Positions 29,149 through 38,339 of a stretch of 64,000 nt of DNA are shown piece by piece; the first letter of the stretch is position 1; every line of letters starts with the position of its first letter. This DNA is from Candidatus Latescibacterota bacterium. GTDB lineage: Bacteria > Latescibacterota > UBA2968 > UBA8231. The DNA lies in contig OY730476.1 of the NCBI GenBank assembly GCA_963422735.1, forward strand, positions 2,304,001-2,368,000. Reading direction: 5' to 3'. Below the pieces are notes generated by a model. The model was not told the DNA's origin, did no database searches, and was given only the letters and a program-made list of their open reading frames with translations. The translations under genes and the position numbers were made by a program.

Positions 29149-29182
29149 TGAGCTTTTACTTTTCCACAGGAGGCGTCGGCAC

Positions 29183-32100
29183 ATGAATCTCGTCTTTGTC
29201 CTGGCTCTGGTCACGGTCCTCGGGACGCAGTTTGCCGCGCGCACCCCGAACCGGGACGATTTGGTGGCTTCCTTCCGCGACGCCCAGGCATTTTACGCCG
29301 AGGGCGCGTACGATCAGGCCATTGTCCGCTATGAGGAAGTCCTGCAGGTGCGCAGCCGCTTGCTCGATACACAGAATATCTCGGTGAGCGTGGGATCGGA
29401 GAGTTTTCCCGTGCTGGAAGCCGCCAATTACCAGATTGGCAATGCTTACAGCAAGCTCTTCACCGATTTTTCCCGCTTTGCCGGGGAGGCGCGCGATCCG
29501 GAGCGCCGAGGGGGCTTTCAGGCGCAGGCCGACAGCGCCTTTGCCCGCTCGGTGAGGGCCTTCCGCCAGGTCAGCGAAACGGCCGCCAACCAGGTGTTGC
29601 GCGTCCAAGCCTTTGGCCGGCTGGTCGATCTGTACTTTGAAGCCGGGCGCTACCTCGAGGTGATTGCGGCCGCCGACGCCATGATCGCGGCCTATCCGGG
29701 CGATCCGCGAGCCGTGGGCGGTTATTATAGCCGGGGCTGGGCCTTTTACGAAATGCAGAACTACACCCGGGCTATTGCCGCCTTCAAAGAGTTGCTCGAA
29801 CTCTATCCCACGGGTTACCAAGCCGACCGCAGCCTCTTTCAGATAGGTGAATCCTATCAGGAACAGGGCGAGTACTTACAGGCCATTGAACACTACCGCC
29901 GCCTAGTCAAAGGCCAGCGCATCGAGGAACTCACCGAAGAGCAACTCAATCAGATGCGGCGGGAGAAACTGGCCGGTCTGGTCGACGAAACCGCGCTGGA
30001 GCTGGCGGCCAAGGCCGAGATTCGCGTGGGCAATTGTTTCACCAATCTGGGGCGGTACGACGAGGGGCTGGCGGCCTATCGGCGGGTGATCGCCCTCTTT
30101 AGCACGGAGCGCCGTCTGGTCGAAGAGGCCTATTTGCGCATGGCCGATCTCTACCAAGAGCAGGGCGATCTGGCGATGGCCCTGCAGACGTACCGCGAGG
30201 CCATTGACCAATCGACCGATCGCACCCTGAGGGCTCGCATTCAATATGCCTTGGCCGAGCGCATCTTCGCCCGCGGCCAATATGAGCAGGCGATCCAGGA
30301 ATACCGCATCTATCTCCGGGGCTATGGCGATATTGCCGGTGGCGCGGGTTTTTCGCTCGAACGGGTGCGCTATCGCATCGGCAGCGCGTACCAGCAAATG
30401 GCCCAGGCGCGGCTGGGCGAGGACGACCGAGTCGGTGCCAGCGACTTGCTCAATCGGGCCATCGCCCAATACGATACCGTGCTGAGCAATGAGGGCTCAC
30501 CCTATGGCTTGGATGCTCGTTTCAACCGCGCCTTGGCGCACCAGTCGCAGGGCGGGCAGGAGGCTCTCGACCGGGCCCAGAGTACTTTTGAAGCCATTGT
30601 CGGGGAAGGGCACGACCGGGGCTATGTGCAGCGCGCCTTGGTGCAATTGGGCGAACTGTACTACGACCGCGGCGAATACGAGGCGTCGGCACAGCGGGCG
30701 CGGCAATTGTTGGACCGCTTCCCGGAAAGCGATTACGACGCCGACGCCTATATGCGCTTGGCCTTGGCTCGCCAAGCTTTGGGCGATCCAGACGGAGCCA
30801 TCCGGGCTTTTTTGGCCGTTGACCCAGAGTCGCCCCACTTTGCCCGAGCGCGGCTGGGAAGCGGCCACACCCTGGTGACCCAAGGCCAGTTAACCGAGGC
30901 CATTCCAGTACTAACAGCGGGTCTGGAGCGGGCCGACGATGGCCAGCGAGCTAGTTTCCACTATCTGATAGGACAGGCGCATATAGGCGAGGGGGCGTAC
31001 CAGCGGTCCATCGACCACTTTTCGCAGGCCCTCGAGCACATCCGGGGCGGCAGCAGACTGGAAGAAGCGTTGCGCTTCAGCCGAGGGAATACGGCCTTTG
31101 TGGTGGAAAACTACGCCCTGGCCGAGGAGGACTTCAGATGGATCATTGACCATGTCGAAGACCCAGAGAAAGTGCGCTCGGCGGAAAACGCTCTGTCCCG
31201 GTCCTACCTGAAGCAGGACCGGGGCGGCGAGGCCATACAGGTCCTCGACGATATGGTGCCTAATGCCGAGAGCCCGGAGGAGCAGGCCGAAATCTTGGGC
31301 CGCATGATGGATCTGTACTACGAGCGAGATGACTACGGGCAGACCGTCCGCTTTGCCCAGCGAGTACTCAGTTTGTCCTTTGCCGACGAATTGGGGCCCG
31401 GTCAGACCATCCTACTCAGGGAGCGTACGTACTTTGTTTTGGGGGATGCCCTGTCGCGTTTGGGCCGAGGAAATGAAGCGGTCGAGGTATTTGGCCGAGC
31501 CCTAGACCAGTATCCCGAATCGGAATTCGCCACGGATATGCGCTTGGCGATGGGCATCCACTACTTCGACTGGGACCAGCTCGACCGGGCCAAGGAGGTC
31601 TTTGGCGCCCTGCGCCAGGCTGACCTCGAGCCTAGTCAGGACCTACTGGTGCGTTTCTACTTGGCCAACGCGCACTACAGCATGCGCGAATTCGAGGATG
31701 CCCAGCGCGAGTTCCTCGGGCTGTTGAGCGATTACCCTCGGGTGCGCGAATTGCCGGATATGCTCTTTGGCGCGGCCGAAAGTTATTATCAGCTCGGGGA
31801 GTTCGCCGCCGCGCTCGGTCTGTACGACCGCATCCTCGCCGAGTTCCCCGCCGAGACAGCGGCGGACAACTCCCAGTACAACAAGGCTTGGTGCCTCATC
31901 GAGTTAAAGCGCGATGGAGAGGCCATGGAGGCTATGGCCGAATTGCTGCGCCGCTATCCCGAGAGCGAATTCGCCGCCTCGGCGCAGTTTACGCTGGGCG
32001 ATTACGCGTACAACCGCCAAGCATATCAGGAGGCCATAGACGCGTACAATAAGGTGCGAGAATGCTACGCCGATGCGCCGGTGGCCGAACAGGTCCCCCG

Positions 32101-32431
32101 CCTGATCGCCGAGTTGGAGGAGTCGGTGGCCTACGAATTCTACGAGCGGGGCCTAGCCCTGATGGATTCGGCCGATGTGACCAAAGAGCAGCACTATTTC
32201 AAGGAGGCGATAGAGATTTTCGAGGAGGTGATGGAGCGCTACCCCGAGACCGAGAGCGCCTTGGGATCTCTCAGCAACTTGGGCGTGTGTCTGGAGGGAC
32301 TGAACAAGTGGAAAGACGCCGTCGAAGTATACGACCAAGTCATCGGCCTGTACGAAGACAAACGGGCTTCGCGAGAAGCTTTCCAATTTGCCAAGTCGCA
32401 CCGGGATTGGATCGTCAGTACGCGCTTGTGA
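29183..32431 (+). CDS. Large exported TPR protein (CpoB/BamD-like repeats)
   Basis: AGGAGG RBS; signal-like N-terminus; many TPRs ending (F/Y)P.S, e.g. LLDRFPESDY and LLRRYPESEFA. Confidence 0.85.
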   Translation: MNLVFVLALVTVLGTQFAARTPNRDDLVASFRDAQAFYAEGAYDQAIVRYEEVLQVRSRLLDTQNISVSVGSESFPVLEAANYQIGNAYSKLFTDFSRFAGEARDPERRGGFQAQADSAFARSVRAFRQVSETAANQVLRVQAFGRLVDLYFEAGRYLEVIAAADAMIAAYPGDPRAVGGYYSRGWAFYEMQNYTRAIAAFKELLELYPTGYQADRSLFQIGESYQEQGEYLQAIEHYRRLVKGQRIEELTEEQLNQMRREKLAGLVDETALELAAKAEIRVGNCFTNLGRYDEGLAAYRRVIALFSTERRLVEEAYLRMADLYQEQGDLAMALQTYREAIDQSTDRTLRARIQYALAERIFARGQYEQAIQEYRIYLRGYGDIAGGAGFSLERVRYRIGSAYQQMAQARLGEDDRVGASDLLNRAIAQYDTVLSNEGSPYGLDARFNRALAHQSQGGQEALDRAQSTFEAIVGEGHDRGYVQRALVQLGELYYDRGEYEASAQRARQLLDRFPESDYDADAYMRLALARQALGDPDGAIRAFLAVDPESPHFARARLGSGHTLVTQGQLTEAIPVLTAGLERADDGQRASFHYLIGQAHIGEGAYQRSIDHFSQALEHIRGGSRLEEALRFSRGNTAFVVENYALAEEDFRWIIDHVEDPEKVRSAENALSRSYLKQDRGGEAIQVLDDMVPNAESPEEQAEILGRMMDLYYERDDYGQTVRFAQRVLSLSFADELGPGQTILLRERTYFVLGDALSRLGRGNEAVEVFGRALDQYPESEFATDMRLAMGIHYFDWDQLDRAKEVFGALRQADLEPSQDLLVRFYLANAHYSMREFEDAQREFLGLLSDYPRVRELPDMLFGAAESYYQLGEFAAALGLYDRILAEFPAETAADNSQYNKAWCLIELKRDGEAMEAMAELLRRYPESEFAASAQFTLGDYAYNRQAYQEAIDAYNKVRECYADAPVAEQVPRLIAELEESVAYEFYERGLALMDSADVTKEQHYFKEAIEIFEEVMERYPETESALGSLSNLGVCLEGLNKWKDAVEVYDQVIGLYEDKRASREAFQFAKSHRDWIVSTRL

Positions 32432-32479
32432 ATTTGTTTTGCACCGCCGGAGGTAGAGACAACAAATGAGGATTTGGCT

Positions 32480-33013
32480 ATGTTGATACGACCCCTGACG
32501 GCCATTTTGGGCAGTGCCGTGTTGCTCCTCGCCAGCCAAGGGCTCTGGGCCCAGGAGGTGCGTCAGAGCGGCGTCTCGCGCCTGCAGGCTGTTAGTCTAT
32601 CCCTGATCTTTCCCGGATTGGGCCAGTTGGCCACCGGCCGCAAGCCCAAGGGCACGACCCTGATGGTCGCCGAGATGGGCTGTCTGGTGATCTGGTTGAC
32701 GTCGCACGAGGACTTCAATACCCAGGAAGTACAATTCGAACTGGAAAAGGAGCGCTACCAAGCGTTGCGGGATGCCGGCACTTTTGCCCAGGCCGAGGAG
32801 AGTTGGCAACGACTGGCGGACAAGAAAGACGATCTTGGCCGGTCCCATCTGTTGCGTCGAGTCTTTGGCGTCCTGAGCTTGGCGACGTACAGCTACAATG
32901 TGCTAGATGTGCTGTTCTACGGCGGTGCCGCGTCCGTGGCGGGCAAAGGCGTCAATCTAGTGCCCATGGCCGCTGCCAACGCCCCGGGCATGGGCTTAGT
33001 GGCCCGTTTTTAA
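32480..33013 (+). CDS. DUF5683-like membrane protein
   Basis: SLSLIFPGLGQLATG...KG; YSYNVLDV; C-terminal GLVARF. Confidence 0.6.
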   Translation: MLIRPLTAILGSAVLLLASQGLWAQEVRQSGVSRLQAVSLSLIFPGLGQLATGRKPKGTTLMVAEMGCLVIWLTSHEDFNTQEVQFELEKERYQALRDAGTFAQAEESWQRLADKKDDLGRSHLLRRVFGVLSLATYSYNVLDVLFYGGAASVAGKGVNLVPMAAANAPGMGLVARF

Positions 33014-33038
33014 CAGCATCCTTGTAAGGAGTTCGGGC

Positions 33039-33422
33039 ATGTATAGAGCGATACGCCTTTTCGCGGGAACGGCACTGGTGGCCCTAGTCGCCTGCAGTAA
33101 CGACACGGAGATGCCTTCCCAGTACCATCGAGGTCTCCTCGCCCAACCTACCGATGTGCAGGCGGGGGTAGAGGGAGGGCTCGTGAGCGTGTCTTGGCAG
33201 ATGGCCACCGCGGAGAATGTCGCCGGTTTCGTCGTCAGCTTCACGGACGCCAGCGGCGGCATGGAGACTAAGGCAGTAGCAGATCTGGACGCCCGCGCCT
33301 TTGTTGACGATGGATCGTTGAGTACCGAATCGGGGACCGTTTGGCAGATTCGCGTGTGGGCGGCCGACGCCCGCGATTTTTTCGGGCCACAATCCGAGCC
33401 CTTTATCTTAGAAGTGCCCTAG
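33039..33422 (+). CDS. Lipoprotein with FN3-like domain
   Basis: Lipobox LVAC; PTDVQA..VSVSW...GFVV...IRVWAAD...GPQSEP. Confidence 0.65.
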   Translation: MYRAIRLFAGTALVALVACSNDTEMPSQYHRGLLAQPTDVQAGVEGGLVSVSWQMATAENVAGFVVSFTDASGGMETKAVADLDARAFVDDGSLSTESGTVWQIRVWAADARDFFGPQSEPFILEVP

Positions 33423-33439
33423 AATAGGGATAGGATCCC

Positions 33440-34675
33440 ATGCCGCTAGACCGAAGTCGTTTCAGGGCACCGGGCGACGAACTGCGCTTGAGTCGCCTGC
33501 TCAAGACCTATCGCGCCACCATTTGGGGATTGGCCATCGCTCTAGTGTCATCGTCGGGGGGGATAGCCTATTTCATCGTGGTGGCCAAGGAGCGGGCCGC
33601 GCCTCCGCCGGCGGTCACCCGGCTCATCATCCGCAAGCCCAAATCGACCAAGCCGTTTGCCCTCAAACGCCAGCGCCTGCGCCCCCGGGCCATGACCAAG
33701 CAGGTGACCACCATGAAACCCCGACTGGCTGCGCCCACGACCCGCCGCTTGCCCGGTGCCTCGGTGTTCGGCCGCATTGAGGCTTTCGAATATGCCGTGG
33801 AAGCCGACGTGCAGATCGATTTGCAGACCACTCCCATCGAGCTGTCGGCCGCCCGGGTCAAGGGTACCAAGGAACCGGAGAAGCGCATTGCCATGCGCGA
33901 AGAATTGCTCGACCTCGATGCGCTGGACACGGGCAAGTACAAGGGCCTGATCATCCAAGACCCGACGGACAAAAAAAACGTCAAGGGCTTCGTCTATCTG
34001 GGCACGGCTTGGGCCACGGACCTGGAGCCGATCTTTGACAGCGCCGCCAAGGCCGTGCCCAATCTGGTCGATGCGCTCAATGAGCAGACGGGCATCACCG
34101 CCAAGGTCGACGAGCACCTCTTCCTCGATTCGCAGGAACTCTTCCGCACACCTTTTGTGTACATCACCGCGAACGAGGCTTTTGAACTAACCGAGCGCGA
34201 AATGCACAACTTGGGTGATTACCTGCGCAACGGGGGTTTTGTTTTTGTCGACAACGCCACCCCCACGCTCGAGTTCAGCCAGGCCGAGGCCTCGCTGCGG
34301 CAGATTTTCCGCGATGCCTTGGGTGCCCAGGGGACCCTGCGGCCCATTCACAATACGCATCCCATTTACCACACGTTCTACGATTTCGACGGTCCGCCCG
34401 TCGGTTCGGAATTGCAGGTCGACTCCTTTGCCGATCAGCGAGGCCAGAATTTCCAGACTATTGCCGAGTCGGTGTACAACCTCGAGGGGATCTTCTTGGA
34501 CAACCGCTTGGTGGGAATTTATTCGGACAAGGGATACGTGCACAACTGGGCTCAGCTATACGGCAACGAGCCGCAATTGCGCTTTGGCATCAACGCCGTT
34601 ATTTTCGCCCTCACCCAAGCGGGATCCATCGCCCAGCAGCAAATCGACTTTTACAGTCAGGTCAGTAGCCAATGA
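33440..34675 (+). CDS. Membrane-anchored DUF4159 domain protein with Pro/Lys/Arg-rich linker
   Basis: Single TM; basic linker; PFVYIT, YLRNGGFVFVDN, HPIYHTFYDF, RFGINAVIFALT (DUF4159). Confidence 0.8.
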   Translation: MPLDRSRFRAPGDELRLSRLLKTYRATIWGLAIALVSSSGGIAYFIVVAKERAAPPPAVTRLIIRKPKSTKPFALKRQRLRPRAMTKQVTTMKPRLAAPTTRRLPGASVFGRIEAFEYAVEADVQIDLQTTPIELSAARVKGTKEPEKRIAMREELLDLDALDTGKYKGLIIQDPTDKKNVKGFVYLGTAWATDLEPIFDSAAKAVPNLVDALNEQTGITAKVDEHLFLDSQELFRTPFVYITANEAFELTEREMHNLGDYLRNGGFVFVDNATPTLEFSQAEASLRQIFRDALGAQGTLRPIHNTHPIYHTFYDFDGPPVGSELQVDSFADQRGQNFQTIAESVYNLEGIFLDNRLVGIYSDKGYVHNWAQLYGNEPQLRFGINAVIFALTQAGSIAQQQIDFYSQVSSQ

Positions 34676-35439
34676 GGTACGCGATCATGCGTTTTGCCGC
34701 CGTACTGTTGGTTTTCAGCGGGTGCAGTTTCTTCACGCCACCCAATATCCAGTACAGCAACGACTTGGTCCCCAGTGCCCAGCAGGCCAGCCCGAAGGAC
34801 TATGTGGTGGAGGTGGAGGGATCCGTCACCTACGCCATCGAAGGCTTGCGCGTCAAAGTCGAGTCCATGACAGACGCGAAATTGAACGCTATATTCCCCG
34901 AGGACTCGCACCGGGGTTTCTTCTCCACCAACCCCTATACGTACGGGGACTGGATCGACCCGCTCGTGGGCCATACGCCCAAGCGCTTCACTGTATTCCG
35001 CATCAGCGTCACCAACGATGTGTACGCCAAGGTCATGCTGGACCCCATCAAGGCCCTGCTCTACACTGATCGGGGCGAGGTGCTACATTCCTTTGGCCTG
35101 CCGTCTTTCTCGCCGCACAATAGTTTTGAGCGCTACTATCGGGCCATCCGGGGCCAGAGCGGCAACGAGTTCTACCGTTTCGACCTGCGCATGGGCAATG
35201 TGCGCAGCACCGCTTATATAGAGGACCAGAAAGTGTTCAAGGGAGAAAACTACACTGGTTTGCTGGCCTTTGAACCGCTCGACGAGGAAGTGCGGCAGGT
35301 GCGCTTGGCACTCAAGGATTTCGTCCTGAAATTCGACGCTTCCGAACAGCCCATAGAAACAGTGGACATCGTCCTCGAATTCGAGCAACAAATCGAAAGG
35401 GACGCAGTGCAACAGGCGACCACCGCGTCCCAGGGATAG
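34672..35439 (+). CDS. Conserved lipoprotein
   Basis: Lipobox FSGC; intact paralog of 14567..15306; ATGA overlap with the DUF4159 gene. Confidence 0.75.
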   Translation: MRYAIMRFAAVLLVFSGCSFFTPPNIQYSNDLVPSAQQASPKDYVVEVEGSVTYAIEGLRVKVESMTDAKLNAIFPEDSHRGFFSTNPYTYGDWIDPLVGHTPKRFTVFRISVTNDVYAKVMLDPIKALLYTDRGEVLHSFGLPSFSPHNSFERYYRAIRGQSGNEFYRFDLRMGNVRSTAYIEDQKVFKGENYTGLLAFEPLDEEVRQVRLALKDFVLKFDASEQPIETVDIVLEFEQQIERDAVQQATTASQG

Positions 35440-35672
35440 GCCCGATGGGCGCTCCTCTGCATCTGCGCCGCGATCCTCGCCGCTGGAGCGGCCCGGGGGC
35501 GGCAAGAGAGTGCGTATTTTATCGTGCGCGTCGCCGTTCTCGACTCTGAAGACAAGACGGGCTTTCAGGGGAAGTGGAAATTGGCCGGGGATGTTCCCGC
35601 GCTCTTTGGGAAAATACCTCGCGGCGGACGAGACCATTGCCGTAGTGTCTAGGGACAGCGTAGAGGAGGTAC
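35440..35672 (+). pseudogene. 5' remnant of CsgG/FlgT-like gene (paralog of 13638..14558)
   Basis: VAVLDSEDKTGFQGKWKLAGDVPAL / GKYLAADETI versus LALLDFEDRAGFQGKWYLSRDVPDLLGRYLDADDAV; frameshift near 35606, then deletion. Confidence 0.8.
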
Positions 35673-35741
35673 ATGGTGCTGCAACAGGAGTTGGCCGACC
35701 TGAAGGCGGAACTGGTGATTCAGACCGAGGAGTCGGCGCGG
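35673..35741 (+). pseudogene. exbB: Internal fragment of a second exbB copy
   Basis: MVLQQELADLKAELVIQTEESAR versus MVMQRELADLKEELIMQTEGAAR in 12860..13606. Confidence 0.75.
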
Positions 35742-36118
35742 GGGCCGCCCATTCGGCCGATCATTCCGCCCCGCAAGGATGCCAAGATTGAGCAACATGG
35801 TAATCGAAAGGCCGAACCGTTGACCCGCGATGCGACGATTCGGGCGATCCGCCAGCGGGGCCGTCGAGGCTGAAAACAGGCCAGTGGTTATCCTCGCCGC
35901 TCATTGGCTGAAACGCAGATGGCTCACTGCAAGAGACTCATTGGGGCCATCTTACATGCGCGGCCTAGCAAACCAACAGAGTGAAACGCGGTTGGGAGGG
36001 ACCCTGCTCAACCGGCTGCTCCATCTGGGGGAACCGGAGTCCTATTCGGTAGATAACGACGCTTAAACATCGGGGGTTGGGGCCAACAGGTCCCGGCCGG
36101 TTTTCATGCAACAAAGCC
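35742..36118 (+). mobile_element. IS5-family (IS903 group) transposase 3' remnant with right terminal repeat
   Basis: IIPPRKDA, RD..IRAI..RGR, GY.RRSLAET, LLNRLLHLG.PES; TTCATGCAACAAAGCC at 36103-36118 is the reverse complement of GGCTTTGTTGCATGAA (IS903-like). Confidence 0.85.
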
Positions 36119-36150
36119 ATGCATAACTAAAACTTAAAAAGCGAGGAAAT

Positions 36151-38061
36151 GTGATGAAAGTATTGCACATTTTGGGAATGGCCGTCATGGCTCTATTCCT
36201 CTCTGTGGGGTCTGCCAGTGCTTTTCTGCACGCCGGTAGTGCCGACGTCGGCTTGGCCGATATGACCAGCGGCGGCAGACCTCCCACCATCCTCAACATC
36301 GAAGGGCTAAGCGACATCGAAGACTACACCTTTGATGGTTCGGATCTGGAGATCAATTTCACCCTCGATGGCACCGGCGCCACCGTGTGGCTCATCATCT
36401 ACACCACGGGCGAGAATCCGCCCCTGACCATTGAGGGCGAAGGGCCGCCCCCGTACCAGGACGCCGAGCACGGCGATCCGGGTTGGCACGTGTACGACGG
36501 CGTCGATTTTCTGGTCTTCAAATCCGAAGGCCAGCGCTTTGAAGAAGGCTCCAACACCATCGTGTGGAACGGCCGAGACATGCACGGCAATGTAGTGGAG
36601 GCCGGCGAGTACCACCTGTACTTGGCCGCGTACGACGACGAGGCCACGCCCCATCTCGTCGGTCCGGTGAAGCGGACCACGGGTTCGTATCGCTTTGTCG
36701 CCATCGACCCGAGCCGCGACCTACTGTACGGCGCCCTGTACAAGGCGACCATGACCGACGACTGGATCGAGCACGACTGGTCCGCTCAGACGGATGCACT
36801 CGACGCCTTTGATTTTACCTCCCTGAGCGCTGCCTGCGGCGAGCGCTGCAGCGGCGATGCCCTCAGGACTGTCAACCTGCTCAGTGGAAATGACTGGATC
36901 GGTAATATCCAGTCTGGGACGGGTTTTATGCTGCGCGGTTCCATCGACTGGGATTCCAACCAACTCATCGTCAACGAGGACTGGGGCTTGGACGCCGGCG
37001 CCGAGAACGGCATCATCGAGAACGGTATGCCCGGCCGTTCCTACGGCTCATACCTCAATTCGGACAAGACCATCTTGCTGACTACCGGCGGGGTCTCCGG
37101 CACCCAGAGTTCCATGGCCGGCTGGTCGGTCGAGACCGGCGAAAAGCTCTTCGAGTGGAATCAGTCGGATCTGTGGCTCTACGATAACAAGGGCAGCGAC
37201 CGTAGCAGCGGCCCCGGTTGGGTGGCCAAGCAGTACAACGGCGAGCCCGATCCCTTTGGCATTGCTGCCACTGGCCACCACACCTCGTTGATAACGCGCC
37301 ACGACTGGGACGGCAACTTGAAATGGATCAACCGCAACGGCGACGGCTTTGGCGACCAGCGGCCTTGGAGCGCGGAAGCCGGATTTGCCGACTTGATCTA
37401 CGGCCACACCGAGGCACCCAACTTCAAGTACTCGATCTACGTCACCGACTGGGGCTGGGTCTCGCTGCCGGCCAACGGTCTCGACAATGTCAACTTCGGA
37501 TATGTCTTGGGCCAGGACGGCTCGGGTCTGTTCAATTTCCAACCCAAGCAAGCCCCCCTGACCTGGCCGCAGTTTACCATCATCGTCAACGACGACACCA
37601 ACTGGGACGGCGTGTACTTAGCCGTGGGCGGCATTCAGGACGAAGCCGCCGCCAACGACTGGATACCCGCTGATACGCCTTTCCCCAATACCTATCCCAT
37701 CGCGCACTGGCCCTATGACCAGAAGAGGGTCAACCTAGGTACGATGATGACGGCGGTTATCGAGCATGAAGGGAACACGCCAGACGCCTACGAGTTGGGC
37801 AATGCCTATCCCAACCCGTTCAACCCCGAGACGACCATTCGCTTCTCCCTGCCTTGGAGCGTTGACGTCAAGGTCGACGTCTTCAACGACCAGGGTCAGC
37901 TCGTCCGCACATTGGTTGACGATACGTTGAATGCGGGGCAGTTCGAGGTGACTTGGGACGGCACGGACGACGCGGGCCATCAGGTCGCCAGCGGAGTGTA
38001 CATCTATAAGATCAATGCGCCAAACCTGAGTTTGAGCAAGAAGGTGACTTTCCTCAAATGA
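36151..38061 (+). CDS. Secreted protein with N-terminal FlgD-like domain and C-terminal T9SS type-A-like/FlgD domain
   Basis: Signal peptide; IVWNGRDMHGNVVEAGEY; C-terminus NAYPNPFNPETTIRF...GQLVRTLV...WDG..VASGVYIY...KKVTFLK. Confidence 0.8.
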   Translation: MMKVLHILGMAVMALFLSVGSASAFLHAGSADVGLADMTSGGRPPTILNIEGLSDIEDYTFDGSDLEINFTLDGTGATVWLIIYTTGENPPLTIEGEGPPPYQDAEHGDPGWHVYDGVDFLVFKSEGQRFEEGSNTIVWNGRDMHGNVVEAGEYHLYLAAYDDEATPHLVGPVKRTTGSYRFVAIDPSRDLLYGALYKATMTDDWIEHDWSAQTDALDAFDFTSLSAACGERCSGDALRTVNLLSGNDWIGNIQSGTGFMLRGSIDWDSNQLIVNEDWGLDAGAENGIIENGMPGRSYGSYLNSDKTILLTTGGVSGTQSSMAGWSVETGEKLFEWNQSDLWLYDNKGSDRSSGPGWVAKQYNGEPDPFGIAATGHHTSLITRHDWDGNLKWINRNGDGFGDQRPWSAEAGFADLIYGHTEAPNFKYSIYVTDWGWVSLPANGLDNVNFGYVLGQDGSGLFNFQPKQAPLTWPQFTIIVNDDTNWDGVYLAVGGIQDEAAANDWIPADTPFPNTYPIAHWPYDQKRVNLGTMMTAVIEHEGNTPDAYELGNAYPNPFNPETTIRFSLPWSVDVKVDVFNDQGQLVRTLVDDTLNAGQFEVTWDGTDDAGHQVASGVYIYKINAPNLSLSKKVTFLK

Positions 38062-38097
38062 GGTTCTCGCTGCCAATCGCCTAGATGGATCTGCACC

Positions 38098-38130
38098 AAG
38101 TGCCGCCGGTTTTGCCGGCGGCACTTTTTT
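38098..38130 (+). terminator. Intrinsic terminator
   Basis: AAGTGCCGCCGG-TTTTG-CCGGCGGCACTT followed by a T run. Confidence 0.85.
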
Positions 38131-38339
38131 GCTCAAAGAGGTGATTGTCGCCGATCTCGCACGGTTCAGGTGGGTGGCAGTACGACGCGGTATTATAGAG
38201 AGACGCCGCTGGCCAACTGGCGTCTCTCGGCTTCCGGCTTCTCGAACCTATCAGCGCGGTCATTTCTTGCCCAACAGACTGCATACCGCGAATGTTGTGC
38301 AGACGGTCTGGGGCCCTAACACTCAAAGGATACAGCATA

